A stretch of DNA of 64,000 nt from Vulcanimicrobiota bacterium (GTDB lineage: Bacteria; Vulcanimicrobiota; Vulcanimicrobiia; Vulcanimicrobiales; Vulcanimicrobiaceae), in the NCBI GenBank assembly GCA_963695225.1, contig OY968762.1:2752001-2816000 (forward strand), read 5' to 3'. The notes beneath the pieces were generated by a model. The model was not told the DNA's origin, did not search any database, and saw only the letters and a program-made list of their open reading frames with translations. A program made the translations under genes and the position numbers. Shown here in pieces: positions 1 through 9,489 of this stretch; the first letter of the stretch is position 1, and every line of letters starts with the position of its first letter.

Positions 1-1
1 G

Positions 2-1489
2 CTGCTCGGCGTCGCAAACCCCGGTATCTTCATCTCCGACCTCATCCCGACGTTCGGCGGCACGCCGGTCACGATCAACAACATCGCCGTCGTAACGAGT
101 GCGGCGAACGGCTACGAAGGTACGACGGTTCAGATCTACACGTCGCTCACCGGCGCCGCCGGAGCTTGGACGCTCTACACCGGTTCCGGAAACGCGCCCG
201 CGAATTCGAAGTACGTCGGCGTCTACATCACCGGCGGCACGAACGGCAACGAACTCGCTTCCAAGCCCGGCGGATCGAGCAACGGCGTCGTAACGGCTCC
301 GGCCGTCACGCTCTCGTTCCAAGCGGTCCCGCCGAGCGGCACCGGCTCGGGGAACCCCAACGCTTTGCTCAACGCCGCGACCGCGGTCGCCGGCGGCAAT
401 CAAGGCGCCCCCGCCGCCGTCGGCGCGAACGTCATCGGCCCGGGCATCGCGGCGAACACCGCGGACTCGTTCGCGGCGATCACCAGCGCCGGCCAAGGCA
501 TCAACTACCCGACGCAGGCCGCGCCGGGTGCGGCTCCCGCCGGCACGACGGGCGCATCGAACACCGTCGGCAACAACAGCCCGGTCGCAGCGGGCGTGCT
601 GAACGGCCCCTACAACAATGCCGGCGCGACCGGTTCGTACAACGGCGTCGCCGCGAATAACAACAGCGACGACTTCACGGCGGTCTCGTTCATCCCGGCC
701 GGTTTCACGGCGATCAACTCCGGGACTACGCTCGGAACGCCGGTCGGCAATACGCTCGGAACGGCGACGACCGTCAACGTCAACGGCACGTTCCAGAACA
801 CCGGCAACGCCGCCGCGAACGTGGTGATCTCGGTTGCCGCACCCGCCGGTTGGACTGCGCAAATCTTCGCAGCGGACGGATCCGGGAATCCGACGGGCGG
901 GACGCTCTCGGGCGCCGCTTCGAATACGCCGAGCGCGACGTTCTCGAACGTTGCGTCGAACGCGACGGGGAGCTACGTCGTCACCTACACCGCCCCCGTC
1001 GGCACGCAGGCGTTCAAGGTGAACGACTCCGTCGTCACCGCGACGCTCGGCGCCGCCACGAACACGACGCACCACGAACTCGTGCTCGGCGGACCGGTCT
1101 ACATGACCAAGACGCAAGCGTTCGACGGCGCGACCTGCCCCGGCGGCCTTGCGGTACCGGGTTGCAAGATCACCTACACGCTCAACTACCAGAACAACGC
1201 CGTCTCCGCATGCACGACCCCGGCGGCATTGAGTTCGGTACCGGCGTCGGTGAACGGTTTCGTCACCAAGGCGGGAACGCTCGTCATCACCGAAGACGGA
1301 ACTGCCGCGCCGAACAACTGGGCCACCTACACCAACGGCCTCTTCGCCGCCGCGACGGACAATACGTCGAACACCTACACCACGAATACGGTGGGTTCGT
1401 CGAAGTTCACGTCGACGGTCGGCGGCGCTGCCGGCGTCCTGAACCCCGGCTGCTCGGGCGCGATCACGTTCAGCGTGGTCGTCAAGTAG
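2..1489 (+). CDS. Secreted Thr/Gly/Asn-rich Ig-like (DUF11-related) surface protein, 5' end outside the window
   Basis: Frame open from position 2 (LLGVANPGIFISDLIP...) into ORF 365..1489. C-terminal domain K..PGCKITYTLNYQN..EDG..GAITFSVVVK. C-terminal part homologous to 6940..9489. Confidence 0.75.
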   Translation: MLGVANPGIFISDLIPTFGGTPVTINNIAVVTSAANGYEGTTVQIYTSLTGAAGAWTLYTGSGNAPANSKYVGVYITGGTNGNELASKPGGSSNGVVTAPAVTLSFQAVPPSGTGSGNPNALLNAATAVAGGNQGAPAAVGANVIGPGIAANTADSFAAITSAGQGINYPTQAAPGAAPAGTTGASNTVGNNSPVAAGVLNGPYNNAGATGSYNGVAANNNSDDFTAVSFIPAGFTAINSGTTLGTPVGNTLGTATTVNVNGTFQNTGNAAANVVISVAAPAGWTAQIFAADGSGNPTGGTLSGAASNTPSATFSNVASNATGSYVVTYTAPVGTQAFKVNDSVVTATLGAATNTTHHELVLGGPVYMTKTQAFDGATCPGGLAVPGCKITYTLNYQNNAVSACTTPAALSSVPASVNGFVTKAGTLVITEDGTAAPNNWATYTNGLFAAATDNTSNTYTTNTVGSSKFTSTVGGAAGVLNPGCSGAITFSVVVK

Positions 1490-1493
1490 GCCC

Positions 1494-3650
1494 GTGCGCT
1501 ACTCTGCGTACCTGCGGTGGCTGCTCGTCGCCGCGATCGTCCTGGCGATCGCGTTGGCGGCCCACCCGGCCGTGGCCGGAACCGCCGCGGGTACGCAGAT
1601 TCAAAACGTCGTCACCGCGACGTATCAAGACGGCGGCGGCCGTGACTTCGCGAGCGTTTCGAACACGCTCTCGGTCACGGTCGCGGCCGTTTCCAGCCTG
1701 ATCCTGACTCCGAAAGAGAACGGTTGCGATCCAGCGACCGACAGCTACGCCGTGGGAAACCCGGTCACGAAGACGTTCACGATCCTGAACTCGTCGAACG
1801 TCGCCGATGCGTACACGATCGCCTCGGCGCAGACGACCGCCGGGACGGTCACGAGCCTCGCCTTCTTCACGTCCGGCGGAACCACGCCCGCCGTCGCCGG
1901 TTCGACGGTTTCCCCGACCGTGCCGCCGGGCGGCACGCTCGGCGTCCGCGTCGTCGTCAGCGCGCCGAACGTCGCGGCCGGCGGCAAGTTTTCCGTCTCG
2001 CTCGCCGTGCAGACGACTGTCACGGGAACCGCGAACGGCCTCCAGACCGATTCAGCCGCGCAGTGCGCGGTTGCAGGGCTTGCGGCGGCGATCGCCGGGC
2101 CGCAAGGCCCCGGTACGCTCGTCGACAAGCGCGTCGACGGCACGACCTTCGTGCAGTCCGCACCCGGCTCGACCGTCACGTACTCGCTCGCGTTCAAGAA
2201 CACGGGCGAGGTTCCGGCGCTCAACGCGGTCCTGAACGACCCGCTCCCGGCCGGCATCCTTCCCGATCTCTCCTCGGTCCAATTGAACGGCAAGCCCGTC
2301 CCGGCGACGCTCGCCGGCCAAGTCCTGAAGGTTCCGGTCGGAACGCTGGCGCCGGGCGTGCAACAGGTCGTTTCCTTTGCGGCGACGGTCGGCGGCGTCG
2401 GCGTCGCCGCGAGCATCGTCAACGTCGCTTCGGTCGCCGCCGACAACGCGGCCGCCGTCAGCTCCGAGCCGGCAGCCGTCTGGCCGGGGAACGTCAACGT
2501 CGTCTTCGACGGATACGGCGGCGCCGCGCAAACCTTGCCGAACGCGACGCTCACGCTCGTCGGCGCGTCGAACCCGCCGGGGACCTCGTTCCCCGCCTCG
2601 ACGGCGCTATCGAACCCGCCGGCCGTAAGTCCGGTCGTCTCCGGCTCCGGCGGCACGTACGATTTCACGCTCGCGCCGAGCCAAATCGGGTCGGCGAGCT
2701 CGCCCGCGTACTACACGCTGACCGTTACGGCTCCCGGCTATGTGAACCGCTCGATCGGCGTCACGCTGACGCCGGACGCGAGCGGCCTGCTCTACTCCGC
2801 GACGCTCGCGGCGCTCGACGCGCAACCGCTGGCCGTCCCGGGCGGCTTCGCGCTCACGCCGGGGCCGGTCACGCTCGCGAACGTCGCGGGGATCTTCGGG
2901 AACATCCCGCTCTTCCAGAAATCCGTCGTCCAGATCTCCAAGAGCGTCGACCGCCAAGTCGCGGCGGCGGGCGACCGGCTCGTGTGGACGTTGCAGTACT
3001 CGAATTCCGCGCCGGGCCCGCTCGGCCTCACGAAGGTCGTCGACAACCTGCCCGCGGGGATCGTCTACGCGCCCGGAACCGGGCGCCTCGACGGCCAGCC
3101 GCTCGAGCCGGCGCAAACCGGGCGGCTCCTCGAGTGGTCGTTTCCCACGCTCGATACGAAGCCGCACACGATCGTCTTCGCCACGGTGCTGATGCCGGGC
3201 GTCTCCGAGGGATCGCTGTTGACGAACACCGCGTCGATCGCGGCCGTCGTCCCCGGCGCGCAAGGCGCGACGGCGAGCGCGAGCGCGCAGGCCGACGTGC
3301 GGATCATCGCCGGCATCTATTCGTCCTGCACGACGCTCGTCGGGCGCGTCTACCGCGACACGCAGAAGACCGGACATTTCGAGCGCGGCGATCGCGGCAT
3401 CCCGGACGTGCGCATCTTCCTCGAGAGCGGCGAGTCGGTGACGACCGATCCCGACGGCCGCTTCTCGTTCGCGTGCGTCCGCGAGGGCATGCACGTCGCG
3501 CGCCTCGATCCGACGACGTTGCCGCCGAACGCGCGCCCCTACGCGGACCGCCGCTACGACAGCGAACGGAGCATCCGCCGCCTCGTGCACGGGATCTTCG
3601 ATGCGATGACCGTCGAAGACCTGAACTTCGCGATCGAGGACGCGCGATGA
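1494..3650 (+). CDS. Secreted DUF11-repeat protein with C-terminal SdrD-B/Cna-B-like domain
   Basis: Signal peptide ending AVA-G. Two complete DUF11 repeats (KRVD..PGSTVTYSLAFKNTG..DPLPAG; KSVD..GDRLVWTLQYSN..DNLPAG). C-terminal GRVYRD..GDRGIPDVRIFLESG..TTDPDGRFSF. Confidence 0.8.
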   Translation: MRYSAYLRWLLVAAIVLAIALAAHPAVAGTAAGTQIQNVVTATYQDGGGRDFASVSNTLSVTVAAVSSLILTPKENGCDPATDSYAVGNPVTKTFTILNSSNVADAYTIASAQTTAGTVTSLAFFTSGGTTPAVAGSTVSPTVPPGGTLGVRVVVSAPNVAAGGKFSVSLAVQTTVTGTANGLQTDSAAQCAVAGLAAAIAGPQGPGTLVDKRVDGTTFVQSAPGSTVTYSLAFKNTGEVPALNAVLNDPLPAGILPDLSSVQLNGKPVPATLAGQVLKVPVGTLAPGVQQVVSFAATVGGVGVAASIVNVASVAADNAAAVSSEPAAVWPGNVNVVFDGYGGAAQTLPNATLTLVGASNPPGTSFPASTALSNPPAVSPVVSGSGGTYDFTLAPSQIGSASSPAYYTLTVTAPGYVNRSIGVTLTPDASGLLYSATLAALDAQPLAVPGGFALTPGPVTLANVAGIFGNIPLFQKSVVQISKSVDRQVAAAGDRLVWTLQYSNSAPGPLGLTKVVDNLPAGIVYAPGTGRLDGQPLEPAQTGRLLEWSFPTLDTKPHTIVFATVLMPGVSEGSLLTNTASIAAVVPGAQGATASASAQADVRIIAGIYSSCTTLVGRVYRDTQKTGHFERGDRGIPDVRIFLESGESVTTDPDGRFSFACVREGMHVARLDPTTLPPNARPYADRRYDSERSIRRLVHGIFDAMTVEDLNFAIEDAR

Positions 3651-6600
3651 ACGCGCCGTTCCGTCGCTTCCTCGCGGCGGCGTGCTGTCTTGCGTTTTCG
3701 ATCGCGCCCGCGTTCGCAGCGGGCAGCTCCGAACCGGTCTACGGCGACCTCACGCACTTGACGTTCACCGCGACGGAACCGCTGCACGCAAGCTTCGTTT
3801 CGCCGCTCCCGCAGAGCGCTTCGCACGGCTCCGCGACTGCCGTCGAAGTCGCGACGGGCCTCGGCGGCGGCGTCGAATTGCGCGTCGGCGGCGAGCTCGT
3901 GCCGTTCGAGAAGATCGGCCGGCGCGTCGTCGACGAGAAGGCCGGCGAGACGCGCTACACCTACTTCGGCGTTCCGTTGCAGCCCGGTCCGAATACGTTG
4001 ACGGCGACGCCGCTCGGAGCGAACGGCGCGCGCGGCGCGACCGTTTCGCTCGGCGTCTACGGCCCCGGCCGGCCGATCCGCTTCGAGGTCACGATCGACG
4101 GCACGCTCGCGGCCGACGGCCGCACGGCGTGCAACCTGCACGTCTCCGGGTTCGATCGCTGGAATCACGCCGCGCTCCCCGGATCGACCGTGCGCGTCAC
4201 GATCGCGGAAGGCGACGCGCACTTCAACGCAGTCCTGCACGCACGCCGGGATGCGGCGGCCGTCCCCGATAGCCGGCCCTCCGACGAGCCGCGCGCGACG
4301 ACGGACACGTTCGCGGCCGAACAATCGCTCGAGCTCGCGCTCGACGACGGCGGCGCGATCGTCATCCCCGTGGTCCCGGGCTTGCGTTCGGGGACGCTGC
4401 GCATCCGCGCGAGCGCGGCGGGCGATGCGGCCGGCGAAGGGACGTTCTTCGTTCGCCCGAGCCTGCGCGAACCGATCGTCGCCGGGCTCGTCACGGCGGG
4501 CGTCGGGCAAGTGCCGGGGAATCCGTCGGAAGATCCGGGCGCGCCGAACGGCGCGAACTCGCACAAGGGGCGCGTCGCGCTCTACGCTTCGGGCGAAGTC
4601 GCTCGCAACACGCTCGGCACGCTCGCCTACGATACGGCCGACGTCCTGCACAGTTCGACCGTGACGGGCCCGTTCGTCGCGGATCCGAACGATCGCACGT
4701 ACTCGACCTACGGCGATTCGAGCATCCGGCGCGACGACGCGCTCTCGCGCGATCACCTGTACCTGCGGCTCGACAACGAGCAGAACAGCGCGCTGTGGGG
4801 CGAGTTCCAAGCGCAGACCGGCGGACGCGACGGCCTCGGCGGATTCAACCTGCTCGTCGCGGGCGCGAAGGTCGATCTCGCTTCGAAGACGTCGAAGCTG
4901 ACGGTCTTCAACGCGCGCAACGACGTCGCGTACGCTCGGCAGATCTTCGCGCCGCAAGGGCTCTCGACGCTCCCGCAGCTCCTGCATCCTTCGATCGTCG
5001 TGGGCTCGGAGACGATCGTTCTCGTCGCGCTCGACCGCCATACGGGGCTGATCGTCAGCCAGACGACGCTGACGCGCGACGTCGATTACACGCTCGATTA
5101 CTCGACGGGGTTCCTGCGCTTCGTCAACATCCCGCTCCCCTTCGACGATCGCTTCAACCCGCAGCAGATCCTCGTGCAATACGAATACGACGGCTCCGGC
5201 GTCGACGCGCAGACGACCGGCGGGCGCTTCGAAGTCGGGCTCGGCGCGGCGCAGAAGACGCGCTTCGGCATGGGCTACGTAGACGACGCGACCGGAGCCG
5301 GCAACTTTGCGCTCTTCGGGCAAGATCTCAGCGGCGCGCTCCCCGGCGGAACGTGGTCGATCGGGCACCTTGCGAGCAGCGGCGTCGTCGCGGGAACCTC
5401 CACCGCGCTGATCTCGCCGAGTTCGAGCGGCGACGCGTATCGCGCCGCGCTCTCGCAGACGAGCGGGCCGAACCAAATCGCGCTCGGCTTCGAATGGTCG
5501 ACCCCCGGCTTCTCGAATCCGTTCGGCGGTCTCTCGACGCCGGGACTCCTCGATTATCACGCCTCGCTCGCGCATAAGTTCGAGCGGCGCGGCGCCGAAC
5601 TCACGCTCTCTTTCGACCACGAGCAGAATACGCTGCCCGGGTACGCAAACTCCGAATCGAACCTGGCGCTCAAACTCCGCGAGTCGCTCACGAAGCGTTT
5701 CAGCTTCACGGCCGGAGTGCAAACGCATCAGGGCCCGCTCGACGGCGTCAACGCGTTGCCGATTGCGACCGCGACGCCGGCGCCGGCGGCCGTGCCGGCG
5801 ACGGGGACGACGATGCAAGCGCAGCTCGGCTTCGATTGGAAAGTGTTCCCGAACGCGGGACTCTCCGTGAACCGTACGAGCGATATCGGCGGCGCCGCCA
5901 GCGCGTCGCAGCCGGGGCAGACCTCGGCGCAATTCAATTTCGATTTCCCGAAGAAGGGCCGCTTCTTCGTGCGCGAGCTGTGGTCGGACGCGCCGACCCA
6001 GAGCTTCGCGGCCTCGACCTCCGCGCTCACGACGACGGCGCTCGCGACGCGCTCGACGGCCTTCGGTTTCGAACGGCTCGTCGGACGGGCGACGACGCTC
6101 GATTCCGAATACGTCGTCGAGCAGACGGGGAGCGGGAACGACATCTACTCGGCGATGGGGATCAAGCAGCGCTTCGAGTTCAGCGAGCGCATCAAGGGCG
6201 ACGCGTTCGTGCAGCACGCTTCGGCGACGGGCGCGAACCTTTCGGGCTTCGACGTCTACGGCGTCTCCGCGACGTACGCGAACGGCTCGCGCGTGCGCGG
6301 GACGACGTCCTATCAGATTCGCACCGGCGATACGCCCGGATCGACGTGGGCGCTCGCGCTGGCCGGCGGGCTCACGCCGGATCTCTCGATTCAAGCGACC
6401 GTGAACAACTCGCGCACCGGCGGAACCGCCTTCGACGACGCGCGGATCGGCCTCGCTTGGCGTCCTTCGCACAACGATCGCGGCGTCACGCTGCTCGAAT
6501 ACGAACGGCAGGACGGTACGCTCGTGCCGCTCGCGACGCACGCCGAGATCCTCTCGCTCGAGCAGCTCTACCGGCCCACGCACCGGCTCGAAATCGCCGG

Positions 6601-6943
6601 CCGGTATGCCTACAAACTCGACGGCGATTCGTACTATCCCGCCGAGAGCTCGCTTGCGGCGCTCCGCGTGCGGCAAAAGATCGGCGCGCGTTTGGACGTC
6701 GGCGTAGAGACGAGCTACGCCGACGTCAAGCACGTCCCGAACGCGAGCCAAGCGGGATTCGCCCTGGAGAGCGGCTACAGCCTCGGCGACGCGATGCGCC
6801 TCGCCGCCGGGTACAACTTCTCCGGATCGCCCGATCCTTCGCTCGCGGCTGCGCCGACGCGGCGCGGCCTCTACCTGACGGCGACGAGCGTCGTCGATCA
6901 GCTCTTCGGCTGGGGCAAGGGCGCGAGCTGGGGCGCGAAGTGA
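3647..6943 (+). CDS. Large outer-membrane beta-barrel protein with N-terminal Ig-like domains (~1098 aa)
   Basis: True start ATG 3647 (ATGA overlap with upstream stop), not 1724. Signal peptide. Invasin-like LAADGRT segment, then a long run of alternating amphipathic aromatic-ended strands (e.g. FALESGYSL..LAAGYNF..GLYLTAT). Confidence 0.7.
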   Translation: MNAPFRRFLAAACCLAFSIAPAFAAGSSEPVYGDLTHLTFTATEPLHASFVSPLPQSASHGSATAVEVATGLGGGVELRVGGELVPFEKIGRRVVDEKAGETRYTYFGVPLQPGPNTLTATPLGANGARGATVSLGVYGPGRPIRFEVTIDGTLAADGRTACNLHVSGFDRWNHAALPGSTVRVTIAEGDAHFNAVLHARRDAAAVPDSRPSDEPRATTDTFAAEQSLELALDDGGAIVIPVVPGLRSGTLRIRASAAGDAAGEGTFFVRPSLREPIVAGLVTAGVGQVPGNPSEDPGAPNGANSHKGRVALYASGEVARNTLGTLAYDTADVLHSSTVTGPFVADPNDRTYSTYGDSSIRRDDALSRDHLYLRLDNEQNSALWGEFQAQTGGRDGLGGFNLLVAGAKVDLASKTSKLTVFNARNDVAYARQIFAPQGLSTLPQLLHPSIVVGSETIVLVALDRHTGLIVSQTTLTRDVDYTLDYSTGFLRFVNIPLPFDDRFNPQQILVQYEYDGSGVDAQTTGGRFEVGLGAAQKTRFGMGYVDDATGAGNFALFGQDLSGALPGGTWSIGHLASSGVVAGTSTALISPSSSGDAYRAALSQTSGPNQIALGFEWSTPGFSNPFGGLSTPGLLDYHASLAHKFERRGAELTLSFDHEQNTLPGYANSESNLALKLRESLTKRFSFTAGVQTHQGPLDGVNALPIATATPAPAAVPATGTTMQAQLGFDWKVFPNAGLSVNRTSDIGGAASASQPGQTSAQFNFDFPKKGRFFVRELWSDAPTQSFAASTSALTTTALATRSTAFGFERLVGRATTLDSEYVVEQTGSGNDIYSAMGIKQRFEFSERIKGDAFVQHASATGANLSGFDVYGVSATYANGSRVRGTTSYQIRTGDTPGSTWALALAGGLTPDLSIQATVNNSRTGGTAFDDARIGLAWRPSHNDRGVTLLEYERQDGTLVPLATHAEILSLEQLYRPTHRLEIAGRYAYKLDGDSYYPAESSLAALRVRQKIGARLDVGVETSYADVKHVPNASQAGFALESGYSLGDAMRLAAGYNFSGSPDPSLAAAPTRRGLYLTATSVVDQLFGWGKGASWGAK

Positions 6944-9489
6944 GCGGCGTGAAGGCGCGGACGCGCCGCGCGTTTCGTCGCAGCTTCGCACTCGTTCTGG
7001 CGATCTGGCAGGTTGCCGTGCTCGCCGTATGCGCGGGCGCGCCGCAACCGGCTTCGGCCGCAACCGCGGGGTATTGCGGAACGCCCGCGAACGACGGCTC
7101 GCCGGGTTCGATCACGGGCATCGTGAACACGTATTACGCCGGGCCTGCAGGCACCGTGAGCGCGGGATCGAGCACGATCGTTCTCGGTACGCGAAACTCA
7201 AAAGGCAGCGGGACCGCGATTGCCAAGAACGACCTGCTGCTCGTCATGCAGATGCAGGACGGCAGTTCGATGAGCGTCGCGAACACCACCGCGTACGGAA
7301 CGGGAGCGACGGCCGCCGGAACCTACGAGTACGCCAGAGCGCAGAGCGTTTCGGGCTCGACGGTCACGCTCGCGAATCCGCTGCTCCACAGCTATTCGGA
7401 AAACGCGGCACAAGGCCAAACCTATCAAATCGTTCGCGTCCCGCAGTACGGCTCGACGACGCTCACCTCGGGGTTGACTGCGGCACCTTGGGACGGGCAG
7501 AGCGGGGGCGTGCTCGCGATCGACGTGGCGGCGACGTTGGCGCTCGGCGGGGCCACGGTCTCCGTCAGCGGGTTGGGCTTCCGCGGGGGCGGCGCTAACG
7601 AATACACCGGCGGCGCCGGCCTGCTGACCGATTACGTCACCTCCGATACCGTCGCGACGAACGCGGAAAAGGGCGAAGGCATCGGCGGCACGCCGCTTTG
7701 GGTCTACAACAGCAGCACGGGCGATAGCAAGGTGACGGACACGCTGCCCTCGACGGGCGCATCGTTCGGGAAAGGGGCGCCGCTGAACGCCGGCGGCGGC
7801 GGGACGGACAACAATCCGTCCGCCAACGACGAGAACACGGGCGGCGGCGGAGGAGGCAACGGAGGCGCGGGCGGACAGGGCGGCTGGAATTGGTCGCCGA
7901 TCTATCCGACGCTCTATAGTGCTTCGAACCCGACCGGCGTGAACGAGACGCTCAACGCGGACAATTCTACGGGGACGGGGGGAGTCGGCGGCCACGCCTT
8001 CGCCGCCTCTGCGAATCGGATCGTGATGGGCGGCGGCGGGGGTGCGGGGACCGACAACAACAGCGCTCCCCCGCAGTCGAGCGGAGGGCCCGGCGGCGGC
8101 ATCGTGTTGATCCAGGCCGGGGCCGTCTCGGGGACGGGGACGATTGCGGCGAACGGCGCGAGCGGCGTCACGCCCGCGAACGACGGCGGCGGCGGAGGCG
8201 GCGCGGGCGGCACCGTCGTCGTGCTCGCCAAGGGCGGGCTCGGCGGCCTCTCCGCCGCCGCCGCCGGCGCGGCGGGAACGAATGCCAACGCGGGCGCCAC
8301 GAGCGGGTATCACGGGCCGGGCGGCGGCGGCGGCGGCGGTGTCGTCCTTACCTCGGCGGCCGTGACGAGCAACGTCGCGGGCGGTCAGAACGGCCTCACC
8401 GGAGCCGGCACGAACGTGGCCTACGGCGCGGCGCCGGGTTCGAGCGGGTTCGCCGCGACGGCCGCGGTGGCGGCGCCCGACGGCGCGCAGCCGGGCGAAG
8501 CCTGCATGTACTCCGTCGTGACGGGCCCGTACGGCGCGCCTGCGGCGATCGGCAACTACACGAACGGAACCGCCGACAACATGCACGACTTCACGGTCGC
8601 GGGCTTCGCCTGTGCGAACGGATCCTCCGAATCCAGCGGGAGCTTCAAGTGCAACGTGCCGGCGGCCGGCGTGACGTTCGCCAACACGCTGCAGAACACG
8701 GGGACCGCGAGCGATACTTTCACGCTCGCGGCGAGCTCCGTCCCCGCGGGTTGGACGGTCACGTTCTACAACGCCTCCGCCTGCTCGGGCGGCGGCGCGA
8801 CCTGGCCCACGTGCACGAAGGGGACGCAGATCTCCGCGCCCGTCACCGTCGGCGCGGGGGCGTCGTTCAACTTCCTGACCGTGTTCACCGCGAGCGCCCC
8901 CGTGACGCCGTTCGGCGTGCTCGGAGCGCTCGTCAGCGCGACGGGGAGCGCGCTCGCCGAGAGCAACGCGACGTACGACGAATTCTACCCGGGCGGTCCG
9001 TTGATCGTCGGAAAAGGCAACTACGCATCAACGACCAACTGCGCGGGCGTCGCGAACGGGAGCCAGACGGCGATCTGCCCCGGCGGGACGCTGAATTACG
9101 TCCTCACGTACGCGAACAGCGCTCCGAGTTACTTGGCACCGGGAAGCGCGGCCCTGGGGAACCAGCCGGCCTTCACGACGAATGCGGTCAACCTCTCGAA
9201 CGTCGCAATCGCCGAAGACGGTTCGGCCTCGTGCTCGAGCGGATGCACCGCGTTCGCGAACAACTGGGCGACGGCGAGCTTCGGATTGAACGCCGTCCCG
9301 GTGGATTCGCTCTACGGGGCTAAGACGAGCTACGCGCTCGCGAACGGGACGCAATATGCGAGCGGCACGTATCCCGCCGTCACCGCGGGCTACACGAAAT
9401 TCACGGCGACGCTCAACGCGACCGGAAGCCCCGCGACCGTGAAGCCCGGGGATGCCGGTGCGATCACGTTCAACGTCACGGTGAGGTGA
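6940..9489 (+). CDS. Secreted adhesin-like protein with glycine-rich head and Ig-like/DUF11-related tail
   Basis: GTG 6940 overlaps upstream TGA (GTG 6949 is an alternative). Signal peptide, many GGGGG(A/N)GG runs, tail homologous to 2..1489, ends GAITFNVTVR. Confidence 0.75.
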   Translation: MSGVKARTRRAFRRSFALVLAIWQVAVLAVCAGAPQPASAATAGYCGTPANDGSPGSITGIVNTYYAGPAGTVSAGSSTIVLGTRNSKGSGTAIAKNDLLLVMQMQDGSSMSVANTTAYGTGATAAGTYEYARAQSVSGSTVTLANPLLHSYSENAAQGQTYQIVRVPQYGSTTLTSGLTAAPWDGQSGGVLAIDVAATLALGGATVSVSGLGFRGGGANEYTGGAGLLTDYVTSDTVATNAEKGEGIGGTPLWVYNSSTGDSKVTDTLPSTGASFGKGAPLNAGGGGTDNNPSANDENTGGGGGGNGGAGGQGGWNWSPIYPTLYSASNPTGVNETLNADNSTGTGGVGGHAFAASANRIVMGGGGGAGTDNNSAPPQSSGGPGGGIVLIQAGAVSGTGTIAANGASGVTPANDGGGGGGAGGTVVVLAKGGLGGLSAAAAGAAGTNANAGATSGYHGPGGGGGGGVVLTSAAVTSNVAGGQNGLTGAGTNVAYGAAPGSSGFAATAAVAAPDGAQPGEACMYSVVTGPYGAPAAIGNYTNGTADNMHDFTVAGFACANGSSESSGSFKCNVPAAGVTFANTLQNTGTASDTFTLAASSVPAGWTVTFYNASACSGGGATWPTCTKGTQISAPVTVGAGASFNFLTVFTASAPVTPFGVLGALVSATGSALAESNATYDEFYPGGPLIVGKGNYASTTNCAGVANGSQTAICPGGTLNYVLTYANSAPSYLAPGSAALGNQPAFTTNAVNLSNVAIAEDGSASCSSGCTAFANNWATASFGLNAVPVDSLYGAKTSYALANGTQYASGTYPAVTAGYTKFTATLNATGSPATVKPGDAGAITFNVTVR

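Noticed and set aside
1724..3646. N-terminal ~640 aa of the listed 1739-aa ORF (and similar extensions of 5836..9489, 11002..12348, 31032..34220, 52112..53791)
   Set aside because: Arg-rich off-frame read-through of neighbouring real genes; true starts lie downstream, at stop/start overlaps or signal peptides.
3554..7063. Long antisense ORFs (also 53380..56610, 21760..23661, 59797..61695 and others)
   Set aside because: Shadow frames expected in high-GC DNA; no recognisable motifs; opposite well-supported genes.
7780..8345. GGC-rich repeats as a possible repeat array or CRISPR
   Set aside because: They encode poly-Gly; no constant repeat-spacer period anywhere in the window.
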